Below are positions 16,685-26,352 of a stretch of 64,000 bases of DNA, one piece after another (positions within the stretch are counted from its first letter, which is position 1; each line of letters opens with the position of its first letter). The DNA lies in contig JAHQWL010000055.1 of the NCBI GenBank assembly GCA_029856155.1, forward strand, positions 99,872-163,871, read 5' to 3'. Source of the DNA: Promethearchaeia archaeon. Its GTDB lineage: Archaea > Asgardarchaeota > Lokiarchaeia > Sigyniarchaeales > SOKP01. The notes beneath the pieces are model-generated. The model was not told the DNA's origin. It saw nothing but the letters and a program-made list of their open reading frames with translations, and did not search any database. A program made the position numbers and the translations under genes.

Positions 16685-19234
16685 CTAATTACCAATCTCA
16701 ATATCACGACGCTGCATTTCTAAAAGGCGCTTATATTTACCGTTTGATGCTAAAAGTTCGTCATGATTCCCTTGTTCTATTATTCCTTTCTTATCAGCAC
16801 TCAATACAATAATATGATCAGCATTTTTAATTGTAGAAAGCCTATGAGCTATTATAATTGTAGTTCTGCCTTTTCTTGCCTTATTCAGAGCATCCTGGAT
16901 CAAAGTTTCAGTGTAGGGATCAACAGAAGAAGTCGCCTCGTCTAATATTAAGATTTTTGGGTCAGTAATCATAGCTCTAGCAAATGCTATTAATTGACGT
17001 TGACCAATTGATATATTAGATGCGTTTTCTTTAAGTTTAGTATCATATTTCTTATGTAATGCTTCAATAAAATTATGTAATCCAAGAAATTTCGAGACTT
17101 CAATCATTTTCTTCTCTTTTTCGTGTGATGGATTATCATAGGCATATAGTAAGTTTTCTTTAATCGTCCCAGTAAAGAGAAATGCATCTTGAGGCACTAA
17201 ACCAATCAAGTCTCTTAGATCCTTCTTGGTAATTTCACGAATATTAATACCGTCAAGTTTAATATTCCCTTTATTAACGTCATAAAACCGAGAAATCAAT
17301 TTTACTAGTGTGGTTTTCCCTGCTCCAGTTTCTCCAACAATAGCTATCGTCTTTCCTTTCTCAATTTCTAAATCCACATTTCTCAATACATAACCTTTAT
17401 TTTGTTCATGGCTAATTGATATTTTTTCTTCCTCGATAGCAGTTTGTACAACTTTATGGATTTGATTATAGACATCTTCAGGAATTTCTGTACTTGCTAG
17501 CATCCTAATCATTGATTTAGGCGACATTTGAGGCATCCATCCCATCATTCCCGAGCTTTCAGCCTGCATTCCACTGTCAGAAGACTGCTGAATAATAGCT
17601 TTATTCCTTAGACTCCTTTCCAGAAACTTAGACATTTGTAAGATTGCATCATGAGGAATAATAGATAAAGACCTAATAGTTGAGTCTTTTTCTTTACTAA
17701 AGGAATTAATATACTCTGGATGTTCATTTGAAATTTCGGTATTTGGTACTGCATATCCGAACTCTGCTAATGTTTTATCAATCATTTTAGGAATTTCTGC
17801 TGAGTCCCTACCCTTAATATTCATAAATAATTTCATTCTAATATTTTGGGGCATATTCATCCCATTCTTCACCATAAAGGAAGAATAAGGTTCAGGAAGG
17901 GATTTAAAGAACTCGATTAATTTTTTAAACATAGGATTATTTTGCATATCTTGGGGATTCATTCCTGTTCGGTGCCCCATTTTGGGAGTTATTTTTTTTG
18001 CTTCTGGTGAGTTTGATAATACTTTTTCTCCTCCAAGTTTAATTAAGTCATTCTCCTCCATTATATATCCAAAACTAATATCTTCAAATTGAATCTTACC
18101 TTGAAAATTTTCAATTTTTTTTGGGTTATCTACATCAGGTATCTCCACCTTCTCTTTCAACAAAGTATATATTCTGTCACTAGCTGCTAAAGATGAGGCT
18201 ATAATTTCTTGTATTCCCATTAACATCTTGAATGGTTGGAAAAATTGACCTAAAATTGTTATATACGCACTTAGAACTCCAACGGTCACAGAAATCCCAA
18301 AAATAGAAATATTACCCAAATAAGCAAATCCCGCTGCCAATAATACTCCTGCAGTGAGAATTGTTGTTACTAATGAAATTAATGGGAAAATTGTCGCCAT
18401 AAACTTTCTTATTTTTAAAATAGCATTATAATTAGCAGTATTTACTCTGTCAAACTCTGCTGAAGCCTTCCTTTCTTGGCCATAAGCCTGAATTACCTTT
18501 GCTCCTGCTACATTCTCTTGAATTGAGGAGGTAACACCTCCAATTGTTCTTCGAGACTCTTTAAATAGCTTTATTGCTACTCTTTTAAATAAATATGTGA
18601 AAGTGTAGAAGATTGGAAATATAATCATTGAAATTAGAGCTAAATAAATATTTAATATATACATTATTGCAATAGTAAGACCTACACTAACTAAACTATT
18701 AATAATTTGTACAAATTGGCCTCCTACTAGTTGATTAAGCAAAGTTACATCATTTGTTGTAACAGAAATTATATCACCAGATGCCCTTTTATCAAAATAA
18801 CTTAAAGACGTATCCTGTAATTTGAAGAAGAGGTCATTTCTTATGTCATATGTGACTCTTTGGGAGATTTTACCCATTCCAAACTGTGAATAGTAAGTAA
18901 TTGATGCCATTATTAAGAGTAAAGCAAAATAAAATGAACTCATGTTAATTATATATCGAGAATTTCCTCCAACTATACCTATATCAATAATACTTGCAGC
19001 GATTAATGGAGTTATTGAAGTAATCATGGTTCCAACTAATAACAATATAAAGAAAATTACAAATTTTAATCTAAATTGTTTGATGTAAGAAAAAAGCCAT
19101 TTCCAAAGCTCATTTCTTGGATGCGCTAGTTTAGTTTTTTCTGTATCCAATAAAAATCGAGGTTTTGCACTTGCACTTGGTTGGATTATCTCTTGTTCTT
19201 CTTTTTTATGATTATTATTATGATTATTATTCAA
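16685..19234 (-). CDS. ABC exporter TMD-NBD subunit (TM288-like half) with ~220-aa insertion in the NBD
   Basis: Six-TM domain, Walker A GETGAGKT, degenerate signature ISIGQ, Walker B ILILDE, AHRLS; TTG start after GGAGG. Confidence 0.92.
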   Translation of the reverse strand: MNNNHNNNHKKEEQEIIQPSASAKPRFLLDTEKTKLAHPRNELWKWLFSYIKQFRLKFVIFFILLLVGTMITSITPLIAASIIDIGIVGGNSRYIINMSSFYFALLLIMASITYYSQFGMGKISQRVTYDIRNDLFFKLQDTSLSYFDKRASGDIISVTTNDVTLLNQLVGGQFVQIINSLVSVGLTIAIMYILNIYLALISMIIFPIFYTFTYLFKRVAIKLFKESRRTIGGVTSSIQENVAGAKVIQAYGQERKASAEFDRVNTANYNAILKIRKFMATIFPLISLVTTILTAGVLLAAGFAYLGNISIFGISVTVGVLSAYITILGQFFQPFKMLMGIQEIIASSLAASDRIYTLLKEKVEIPDVDNPKKIENFQGKIQFEDISFGYIMEENDLIKLGGEKVLSNSPEAKKITPKMGHRTGMNPQDMQNNPMFKKLIEFFKSLPEPYSSFMVKNGMNMPQNIRMKLFMNIKGRDSAEIPKMIDKTLAEFGYAVPNTEISNEHPEYINSFSKEKDSTIRSLSIIPHDAILQMSKFLERSLRNKAIIQQSSDSGMQAESSGMMGWMPQMSPKSMIRMLASTEIPEDVYNQIHKVVQTAIEEEKISISHEQNKGYVLRNVDLEIEKGKTIAIVGETGAGKTTLVKLISRFYDVNKGNIKLDGINIREITKKDLRDLIGLVPQDAFLFTGTIKENLLYAYDNPSHEKEKKMIEVSKFLGLHNFIEALHKKYDTKLKENASNISIGQRQLIAFARAMITDPKILILDEATSSVDPYTETLIQDALNKARKGRTTIIIAHRLSTIKNADHIIVLSADKKGIIEQGNHDELLASNGKYKRLLEMQRRDIEIGN

Positions 19235-19246
19235 CTTTTAAACCTC

Positions 19247-20980
19247 CTAGGTTGAAATTTTAGATTTTTGTTTTTGTAATAAAGTTTCAAATATCTGTTT
19301 ATACAAAGCATTTGATTCTATCAAGTCATCATGAATCCCATAGCCCACTACTCTTCCGTGGTCGAGTATTAGAATTAGATCAGCATTGCGAATTGTAGAA
19401 ATGCGTTGTGTTATTATAATTGTAGTAGTATCTCTCATAACCTTTGTGAGGGCCTCTTGAATCCTGTATTCAGTCTCTACATCAACTGAACTTGTTGAAT
19501 CATCGAAAATTAATATTTTAGGCTTTATAATAAGAGCTCTTGCGATAGAAAGTCTTTGTTTTTGACCTCCTGAAAGTCTTGTACCCCTTTCTCCTACAAT
19601 TGAATCATAACCGTTGGGTAAGGATATTATAAAATCATGCAAATTTGCGATTTTCGCTGCATTTATTATCTCATCTTTGGTTGCATCTTCTTTACCATAA
19701 GCAATATTATCAGCAATACTTTTATTAAACAAATAAGTTTCTTGTGAAACAATGCCGATATTTCGGCGTAAATCTTTTAGTAAATAATTTTTAATATCTT
19801 TATCATCAATTTTTATACTACCTTCATTTACTTCATAAAATCGAGGTATTAAGTTAATAATTGTTGATTTACCGGATCCAGTTGTACCAAGTATAGCCAT
19901 AGTTTTCCCAACAGGCACTTTAAAAGATACATCTTTTAGGATTCGATTATCAGGAATATATCCAAAAGTCACATTTTCAAATTCAACCTCACCCTTAAAT
20001 AATTCTATTGGAATAGCATCAGGTAAATCATTAATCTCTGGAGATGAATCGAGAACCTCTCTAACTCTAGTCAATGCAGCATCAGCTTGTATATAAATAA
20101 GCATAATATTACCCAAAATCATCAATGGGAATCCGAGTGAAGCTATATAGGAATTTAAGGTTACTAAAGTCTGGAGATCCATTCTTCCCTCTATTACCCA
20201 TATTCCCCCTAAGAAGAAAGTAATAATAACCATGAATCCAATAATAACGTAGATTAAAGGCATATATAATGAATGATACCTAACTGATTCTACACTTGCA
20301 TTATAAAACCGCCTATTATCTTTCAGAAATTTTTGACGTTCTTTCTTTTGGGTATTAAACATTCGAACCACTTCAGCTCCAACTATATTTTCTCTAATAG
20401 TGTTCGTTAATTTTCCAAAACTTTCCCGAGTCTCAATGAAAATCGGTTTCAATTTCTTGGCTACATAATAAGATAAGCTAATTGATATTGTAAAAGCTGT
20501 TACTAAAAGGAAAGATAATTCAAGACTGAAAATTATAAATCCAACTGTAATTCCAATTAATTGTAATATTGATTGTATACCAAGTGCTAATCCAAAACCA
20601 AAAATTTGCTGCGTTTCCTCAATATCACTTGTTGCTCGGGATATTAATTGTCCAGTTTCAGTCTTATCAAAGTAAGAAAAAGACTGACGGTATATAGCAT
20701 TACTAATATCATTTCTTAAATGATATATTGCTTTCGAAGAAACTTCAGCACCTCTAAGTCGAGATGCTCTATTCGTAAGATATGCCAAACCAGCAAGTAT
20801 TATTATAGATAAGAAATCCATTATTAATTTTCTTGCATCGGTTAATCCTCCTACTAATCTTCCAATAAATATTGGGGTAGTGGTTGAAAGAATTGTAGAC
20901 AATGTTAGTAGTATAAATTGAATTATAAAATCCTTTCGAGATTTCAACCAATATTTTAATATCATTCGTGCTGAATTCAT
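19247..20980 (-). CDS. ABC exporter TMD-NBD subunit (TM287-like degenerate half)
   Basis: GTTGSGKS, LSGGQKQ, Walker B LIFDD (E to D), switch TQRIS (H to Q). Confidence 0.92.
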   Translation of the reverse strand: MNSARMILKYWLKSRKDFIIQFILLTLSTILSTTTPIFIGRLVGGLTDARKLIMDFLSIIILAGLAYLTNRASRLRGAEVSSKAIYHLRNDISNAIYRQSFSYFDKTETGQLISRATSDIEETQQIFGFGLALGIQSILQLIGITVGFIIFSLELSFLLVTAFTISISLSYYVAKKLKPIFIETRESFGKLTNTIRENIVGAEVVRMFNTQKKERQKFLKDNRRFYNASVESVRYHSLYMPLIYVIIGFMVIITFFLGGIWVIEGRMDLQTLVTLNSYIASLGFPLMILGNIMLIYIQADAALTRVREVLDSSPEINDLPDAIPIELFKGEVEFENVTFGYIPDNRILKDVSFKVPVGKTMAILGTTGSGKSTIINLIPRFYEVNEGSIKIDDKDIKNYLLKDLRRNIGIVSQETYLFNKSIADNIAYGKEDATKDEIINAAKIANLHDFIISLPNGYDSIVGERGTRLSGGQKQRLSIARALIIKPKILIFDDSTSSVDVETEYRIQEALTKVMRDTTTIIITQRISTIRNADLILILDHGRVVGYGIHDDLIESNALYKQIFETLLQKQKSKIST

Positions 20981-20995
20981 ATTTAATTCTCCTAG

Positions 20996-21076
20996 TTACT
21001 CTTTGCTACAGAAATTCATTGAGTTTAAATCATCATGGATGACAAACCTCTGAATGTCGTAAATAAATCCTTTCAT
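20996..21076 (-). pseudogene. 5' stub of a glycyl-radical activating enzyme paralog
   Basis: Reads MKGFIYDIQRFVIHD then diverges and stops; 51/56 nt identical to 2589..2644 including the upstream ATATTGAGAA. Confidence 0.85.
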
Positions 21077-21180
21077 TTCTCAATATCTATGTTCTGTACA
21101 TATGTGGATAAAATCTTGAATTTCTTTATTTAAATAAACAAAACGTTTAAATGTTAAGTGTTAAGTTGATTTTTAAGTTT

Positions 21181-21495
21181 TTAATGATTTTTGGGATGTA
21201 AAAACTTCAACCAATAAGATCCAAGATAGTTTGGTTCCAAAATTGTCCCGGCTTTTAACCTATTAGCAAAATCATCATCACTTAATGCTTCTAATGCTAA
21301 TAAAGATATCAATTCATATTGTTCATCATCATTTACAACTTGTCTATGATGCTTGCTCCATCCGCTTAAAGAAGGGTGCATATTAGTAATGACTTCGCGA
21401 CGTTTTCCTTCGACAGGCATCCCAAATGTGCCTCCTGCAATTTTTCCTGTCCAGCTACCCCAAATTTTTTGGAGCAAAAAATTTTTATCAACCAT
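21181..21495 (-). pseudogene. 3'-truncated paralog of ADP-ribosylglycohydrolase 13415..14779
   Basis: 104 aa collinear with the first ~100 aa of the intact gene (KIWGSWTGKIAGGTFGMPVEG...NDDEQYEL...LGSYWLK), then stops. Confidence 0.85.
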
Positions 21496-21632
21496 AATCT
21501 ATCCTAATTTTTTCTTTAATGCTTAATTTAAAAAACATAGTAAAGTCTTAAATTTATATTAAATTTTATAAATAGACATATTATATTAGGATTAATATTT
21601 ATTTAATTTTTTGGAAAACAGTAGAATTCAAC

Positions 21633-23825
21633 ATGAGCATAAATACCATACCTGATAAAATCCCTAAAAAATTCTTGATGAGATTAAAAAGAGGAAAGTA
21701 TGATGATACTATTCTTTTTGCTCTAGCGGTTTTTGGACCTCATAAAATTAAAGAACTCGTTAATGATGTAAGTGACTCTATTTCTGATAGGATGGATATG
21801 GAGTTATTTTATGAATGGGCAGACAAATTAAAGACTAATGGATTCATTGAAGATTATAAAAAAGATGATGACATCTATTTTAAAGCAACAGAGAAGGGTA
21901 AGGATGAATTATTATCGAGAGTAGAAAACACTTTTATGATACGGTATTTAAAAACGTTTTTTTCGCAGTGGCTAGGACCAATTGAACCTGAAAAAGAAAA
22001 TAAATCAAAATCACCGGATGTCTTAAAATATAGGGATATTATATTTGGTCTCTTATCTGTTTACTGGAGATTATGTGATTTCTTCATTACTATAATAAGA
22101 GGTGCAAAGATAGGACCAGATGAAGATATCTCACTTGGTACAAGTCTAGAATATAATGCAGAACAATATTCTGGTAATCCTGCTATTTATTATGAAGATG
22201 TTATGTATACATATAAAGAATTCAACGAATTAATTAATCAATACGCTAATTATCTTCTTTCTTTAGGTGTAATTAAAGGAGAAGTAATTAATATATTCGT
22301 GGAAAACAGACCTGAATTGTTATTTTTAATTGGAGCAATGTCAAAAATTGGTACTATAGGAGCATTAATTAATACAAGACAAAGATCGTCAACACTTCTG
22401 CAAAGCTTAAAACTAAATCCAGTAAAAATCTATATTATTGGAGAGGAACTTATTGAACCTTTTGAAGAAATAAAATCAGATTTGGGCTTAACTGGGAAGG
22501 AAAAACTCTTTTTTTTGAAGGATAAGGGGAAAATTGATATACCAGAAGATTTTGTTGATCTTAAAAAAGAGATTGAGGAAGAAAGTAAAGAAAATCCATC
22601 AACTAAAACAAAAATAAAGGGAAAAGATACCTATATTTATATTTTTACTTCTGGAACAACAGGACTTCCAAAAGCAGCACATATTCGGAACATGTATACG
22701 GCAAGCTCAATAAATACCTGGGGTAAAGCAGTATTACATATGACACCTGATGACATTATGTATATATCTCTTCCCTTGTTTCATAGTAACGCGCTCCATA
22801 TTGGATGGTCAGCCGCTATTAGAGGTGGATCAGCAATAGCTATTGCTCGAAGATTTAGTGTTCGAAATTTCTGGGAAGATATAAAAAAATTTAATACTAC
22901 ATGTTTTAATTATATCGGAGAAATCTGTCGCTATCTTTTTAATCAACCACCAAGTCCGGAGGATCGAAAACATAGAGTTTACAAGATTTGTGGGAATGGT
23001 CTTAGAGCTGAAATATGGAAAGAATTCAAAGAACGATTTGGTATAAGAGAAGTCTATGAACACTATGGAATGACTGAAATGTGGGGAATGTTTTGTAACT
23101 ATCTTAATTTAGATTGTACTATTGGATATAACGCTGCTCCATATGCTATTGTAAAGTATAACATTGAAAATAATGAACCTGAAAGAGATAAAAATGGTTT
23201 TTTACAAAGAGTTGAAGAGGGTCAAGCAGGACTATTGATTATACAAGCAGTGTCTGAATACATTTTTGCTGGTTATACGGATACAATAGCATCCAAGAAA
23301 AAATTATTATATGATGTATTTGAAAAGGGTGATGTTTGGATGAATGCAGGTGATATAGTACGGAATATTGGATATAAACATGCTCAATTTGTTGATAGAC
23401 TTGGTGATACATTTCGATGGAAAGGAGAGAATGTATCTACCACAGAAGTTGAGGAAGTAATCTCTTCTTTTGAATCAATTGACCACATTTCTGTGTATGG
23501 AGTTGAAATTCCAGGAACTGAAGGACGAGCAGGGATGGCATCAATACTAACAACTGTTAAACATGAAAAATTCGACTTTAATCCTTTTTTAAGAACAATG
23601 GAGAGTAATTTACCTAAATATGCTATCCCAATATTCATTCGATTCTTGTCTGAATTATCAACAACAAGCACATACAAAATCCAGAAATTTGACAAGAAGA
23701 AAATTGGTTTTGATATAAATAAAACCAGTGACCCTGTTTATGTATTATTGCCAGAAAGTCCAAATTATACACTTTTAACTCCTGAAATTTATGAAAGAAT
23801 TCTACAAATAAAATATAGATTTTAA
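21633..23825 (+). CDS. Long-chain acyl-CoA synthetase (FATP type) with N-terminal winged-helix-like extension
   Basis: YIFTSGTTGLPKAA, YIGEICRY, FVDRLGDTFRWKGENVST. Confidence 0.92.
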   Translation: MSINTIPDKIPKKFLMRLKRGKYDDTILFALAVFGPHKIKELVNDVSDSISDRMDMELFYEWADKLKTNGFIEDYKKDDDIYFKATEKGKDELLSRVENTFMIRYLKTFFSQWLGPIEPEKENKSKSPDVLKYRDIIFGLLSVYWRLCDFFITIIRGAKIGPDEDISLGTSLEYNAEQYSGNPAIYYEDVMYTYKEFNELINQYANYLLSLGVIKGEVINIFVENRPELLFLIGAMSKIGTIGALINTRQRSSTLLQSLKLNPVKIYIIGEELIEPFEEIKSDLGLTGKEKLFFLKDKGKIDIPEDFVDLKKEIEEESKENPSTKTKIKGKDTYIYIFTSGTTGLPKAAHIRNMYTASSINTWGKAVLHMTPDDIMYISLPLFHSNALHIGWSAAIRGGSAIAIARRFSVRNFWEDIKKFNTTCFNYIGEICRYLFNQPPSPEDRKHRVYKICGNGLRAEIWKEFKERFGIREVYEHYGMTEMWGMFCNYLNLDCTIGYNAAPYAIVKYNIENNEPERDKNGFLQRVEEGQAGLLIIQAVSEYIFAGYTDTIASKKKLLYDVFEKGDVWMNAGDIVRNIGYKHAQFVDRLGDTFRWKGENVSTTEVEEVISSFESIDHISVYGVEIPGTEGRAGMASILTTVKHEKFDFNPFLRTMESNLPKYAIPIFIRFLSELSTTSTYKIQKFDKKKIGFDINKTSDPVYVLLPESPNYTLLTPEIYERILQIKYRF

Positions 23826-24064
23826 AAAAGGAAATTACACACACAATCACAGCCCCAATCTTTCCTCAAAACTATCACGAGAACTATATGCCTTCGATTC
23901 AATTATGCGATGAATAAAGGATGTTCAGCTAGAATCGTTATAGTTTATACTATAGTTTTATGATGTTGGGAATGTGTATTCCGAAAGTTTGCGAGATTAG
24001 AAATTTTTATTAATTCCTGAAAGGTAAATTCAGAATCTGATTTCAATCAAAATTCCCTTGAAAG

Positions 24065-24979
24065 TTATGATTTAACCAGTCGATTAACGAGCAGATCCTT
24101 AAAAGCTTGAACATCTTTCCAAGTAATGGCGCATCGTATATTATTTCCTTTTTCACTTATCTTGGTAATCCCTTTCTTAGTAACTTTAATTTTTAAATCT
24201 TCAATATTTAGTAACTCTTCAGAGAATCCGAGGTAAATCGCCACCGTATCAAATAGGATCGACGTTTTTTTATCTTCAGTGATCAATTTGGTTAAACTTT
24301 TTTCCTTAGCCCATATCTTAAAATTTTCCTTGATTAATTTGACAATTGTATTATCACAATTCATAATACGTTCGAAATTATCACCCGATAACACGATATT
24401 TCCACACGTATCCAATGGAGTGATTGTTTTCTTCCATGGTGCCTGAAACACCTCTCTACACGATTGAATATCATGTTCCACGTTATATTCGGGGTATGGA
24501 GAAGGTGCACCTTTGTATCCAATTCGAATGCTTCCGTGCATTCCTACAAATCGAGCATTCTCTGTGATATTAGGATTCATTTTAAGTGCACCTGCCACGG
24601 TTCCTAAAGGCCCAATGGCAATAAGCGTTATAGAGTCAGGAGAGTCTATTATAGTGGAACAAAGTACCTCTATGCCGTTTTTATAGACAGATCCAGAGTA
24701 TTCGGATAATTTATAATCTTTAATCCAACTATACTGTTTTCCCTTTTTACGATTTTCTGAAGGACCAATCCCTATAGGAATATCCGTGCGCCCAGCAATC
24801 TCGAGAAATTTAGCGACAAGCTTGGCTTTTAGCACAGTATCGTCTGTTGTTGTTGTAATTAATTTAACATCGAATTCGGGACACTTCAATAAAAAGCCCA
24901 AAGCCCACGTGTCATCAATATCCTCCCCTATATCGGTGTCCAGAATTACTGGAATTTTTTTACTGCTTAAATTTCTCAC
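24065..24979 (-). CDS. Nucleoside hydrolase (IU-NH family)
   Basis: ILDTDIGEDIDD, LIAIGPL, EYNV, LFD motifs. Confidence 0.88.
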   Translation of the reverse strand: MRNLSSKKIPVILDTDIGEDIDDTWALGFLLKCPEFDVKLITTTTDDTVLKAKLVAKFLEIAGRTDIPIGIGPSENRKKGKQYSWIKDYKLSEYSGSVYKNGIEVLCSTIIDSPDSITLIAIGPLGTVAGALKMNPNITENARFVGMHGSIRIGYKGAPSPYPEYNVEHDIQSCREVFQAPWKKTITPLDTCGNIVLSGDNFERIMNCDNTIVKLIKENFKIWAKEKSLTKLITEDKKTSILFDTVAIYLGFSEELLNIEDLKIKVTKKGITKISEKGNNIRCAITWKDVQAFKDLLVNRLVKS

Positions 24980-25472
24980 CGCATCTTGTTTTCCTTTTCA
25001 TAATTAAATATTAATGCTAGTTTTAATAGGAATGTATTAAAAATTAAAAATTAAATGAAAATAGTGGTTAAGCGAGAATCATCAATACAAATAAATTTTA
25101 ATGAATCTATTGGAAAATGCATATCATTATCAGAATCAATAGTAATGGGGGCGTTCGAATAAAAACTCTTTTAATTTTAAACTATACCTCATAAAAACTC
25201 TTTTATTTTCTTTTTATTTATTTTCTTTTTTGCTTATTTAGCATTTCATTTTTTTATTCACAATTGATAATATTTTTGTCAATAGATCCAATTTGAAGAA
25301 ATAAAAATATGACTAATATGGCATTACCTTCCAATACTCATTCCCTTAACCTTATTTAAATTTATGAAGTAAATTTATCTTGAAAAATTGCTCACCATAA
25401 CAAAATGCGAGAAAAAAATGTGACTGCTTAAAAAAAATAAAAAGTAAATATCGGTTAATCAATCTTGGTTGT

Positions 25473-25964
25473 CTATATTTTAAAGTTCGTTTTCTTCAAC
25501 ATGTGAGTTATTTCGAATGACATAATAGCTTCCTTACTTAAATCTAAATTAACTTTACTGATAGTAAATAAAGATTTTAAGATTCCTCTATCATTGTATG
25601 TTTTTGATTCTTGCTTGTTAAGAATTTGTACTTCCACTTCCATGGTATCATCCACTCTTAGGGATGTTTTAAATTTAAGATTTTGGATTCCCAATAATGC
25701 TATTACTGTTCTCTCATATACCCCTAATTTCAAAAAAAGACCTATCGCTAAGGGGATAATGAACGGTCCAGGAAATACAGTAGTTTTATAGGGCATTTCT
25801 TTAGTGGCATAAATTTCGTCAAAGAACATGGATGAATTGAACCAACATAAATTACAAAAATCTAATAAATCTGATTCTCTTAAAGTCCTTCTAGAAGTTG
25901 TGAAAATATCTCCTTCATTGAATTCCTCAAAATATTTACCTCGAATTTCAGTTATCTTTTTCAC
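25473..25964 (-). CDS. MaoC/hot-dog fold dehydratase-like protein
   Basis: GKYFEEFNEGDIFTTSRRT...FDEIYA..., typical single hot-dog length; the catalytic D/H motif looks degenerate. Confidence 0.75.
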   Translation of the reverse strand: MKKITEIRGKYFEEFNEGDIFTTSRRTLRESDLLDFCNLCWFNSSMFFDEIYATKEMPYKTTVFPGPFIIPLAIGLFLKLGVYERTVIALLGIQNLKFKTSLRVDDTMEVEVQILNKQESKTYNDRGILKSLFTISKVNLDLSKEAIMSFEITHMLKKTNFKI

Positions 25965-26352
25965 CTTTATAAAAGATTTTACATTAAATTAATAAGAATT
26001 CCACACAAAAAATAACTTTTTTGAATTTAAAATTCACTTTATAGGTTGAAATGAATGAAGCAATTTGTTAATAAGATTTGAAATTACCAAATTTAATTAT
26101 TTACTATGAAAAAGGATTAAATTTTCAACTTTTTTATGTATAAATAAGAGCAGAATCTATGCTTCTCTAATTTTAAATACTAACAGAATATTGAATTATT
26201 ACTTCAATAATACATCCATTCAGATGGATTTACTGAGTTTTAATAAATGAATTATAATTCTTGAATTATCTTAGCAAACTTATAATTTGATATTTCATTG
26301 AACTTTTTAATTAAATTTTAATCATTTCTAATAATAATAAAAATTGATTTAA

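Noticed and set aside
17390-18064. ABC insertion as an intein or intron
   Set aside because: No C/S N-terminus, no HN/HQ-C/S/T C-terminus, no LAGLIDADG motif; the frame is continuous
23826-24064. Possible structured ncRNA (short hairpins GGAAT-GTGT-ATTCC, CCT-GAA-AGG, TCAGA-A-TCTGA)
   Set aside because: Stems are very short and no known RNA family consensus is recognisable
25055-25162. 35-codon ORF MKIVVKRESSIQ... in the gap after the nucleoside hydrolase
   Set aside because: No RBS or recognisable similarity; cannot be supported
26039-26052. 14-nt match TTATAGGTTGAAAT shared with 33039..33052
   Set aside because: Short and AT-rich, and does not extend; compatible with chance
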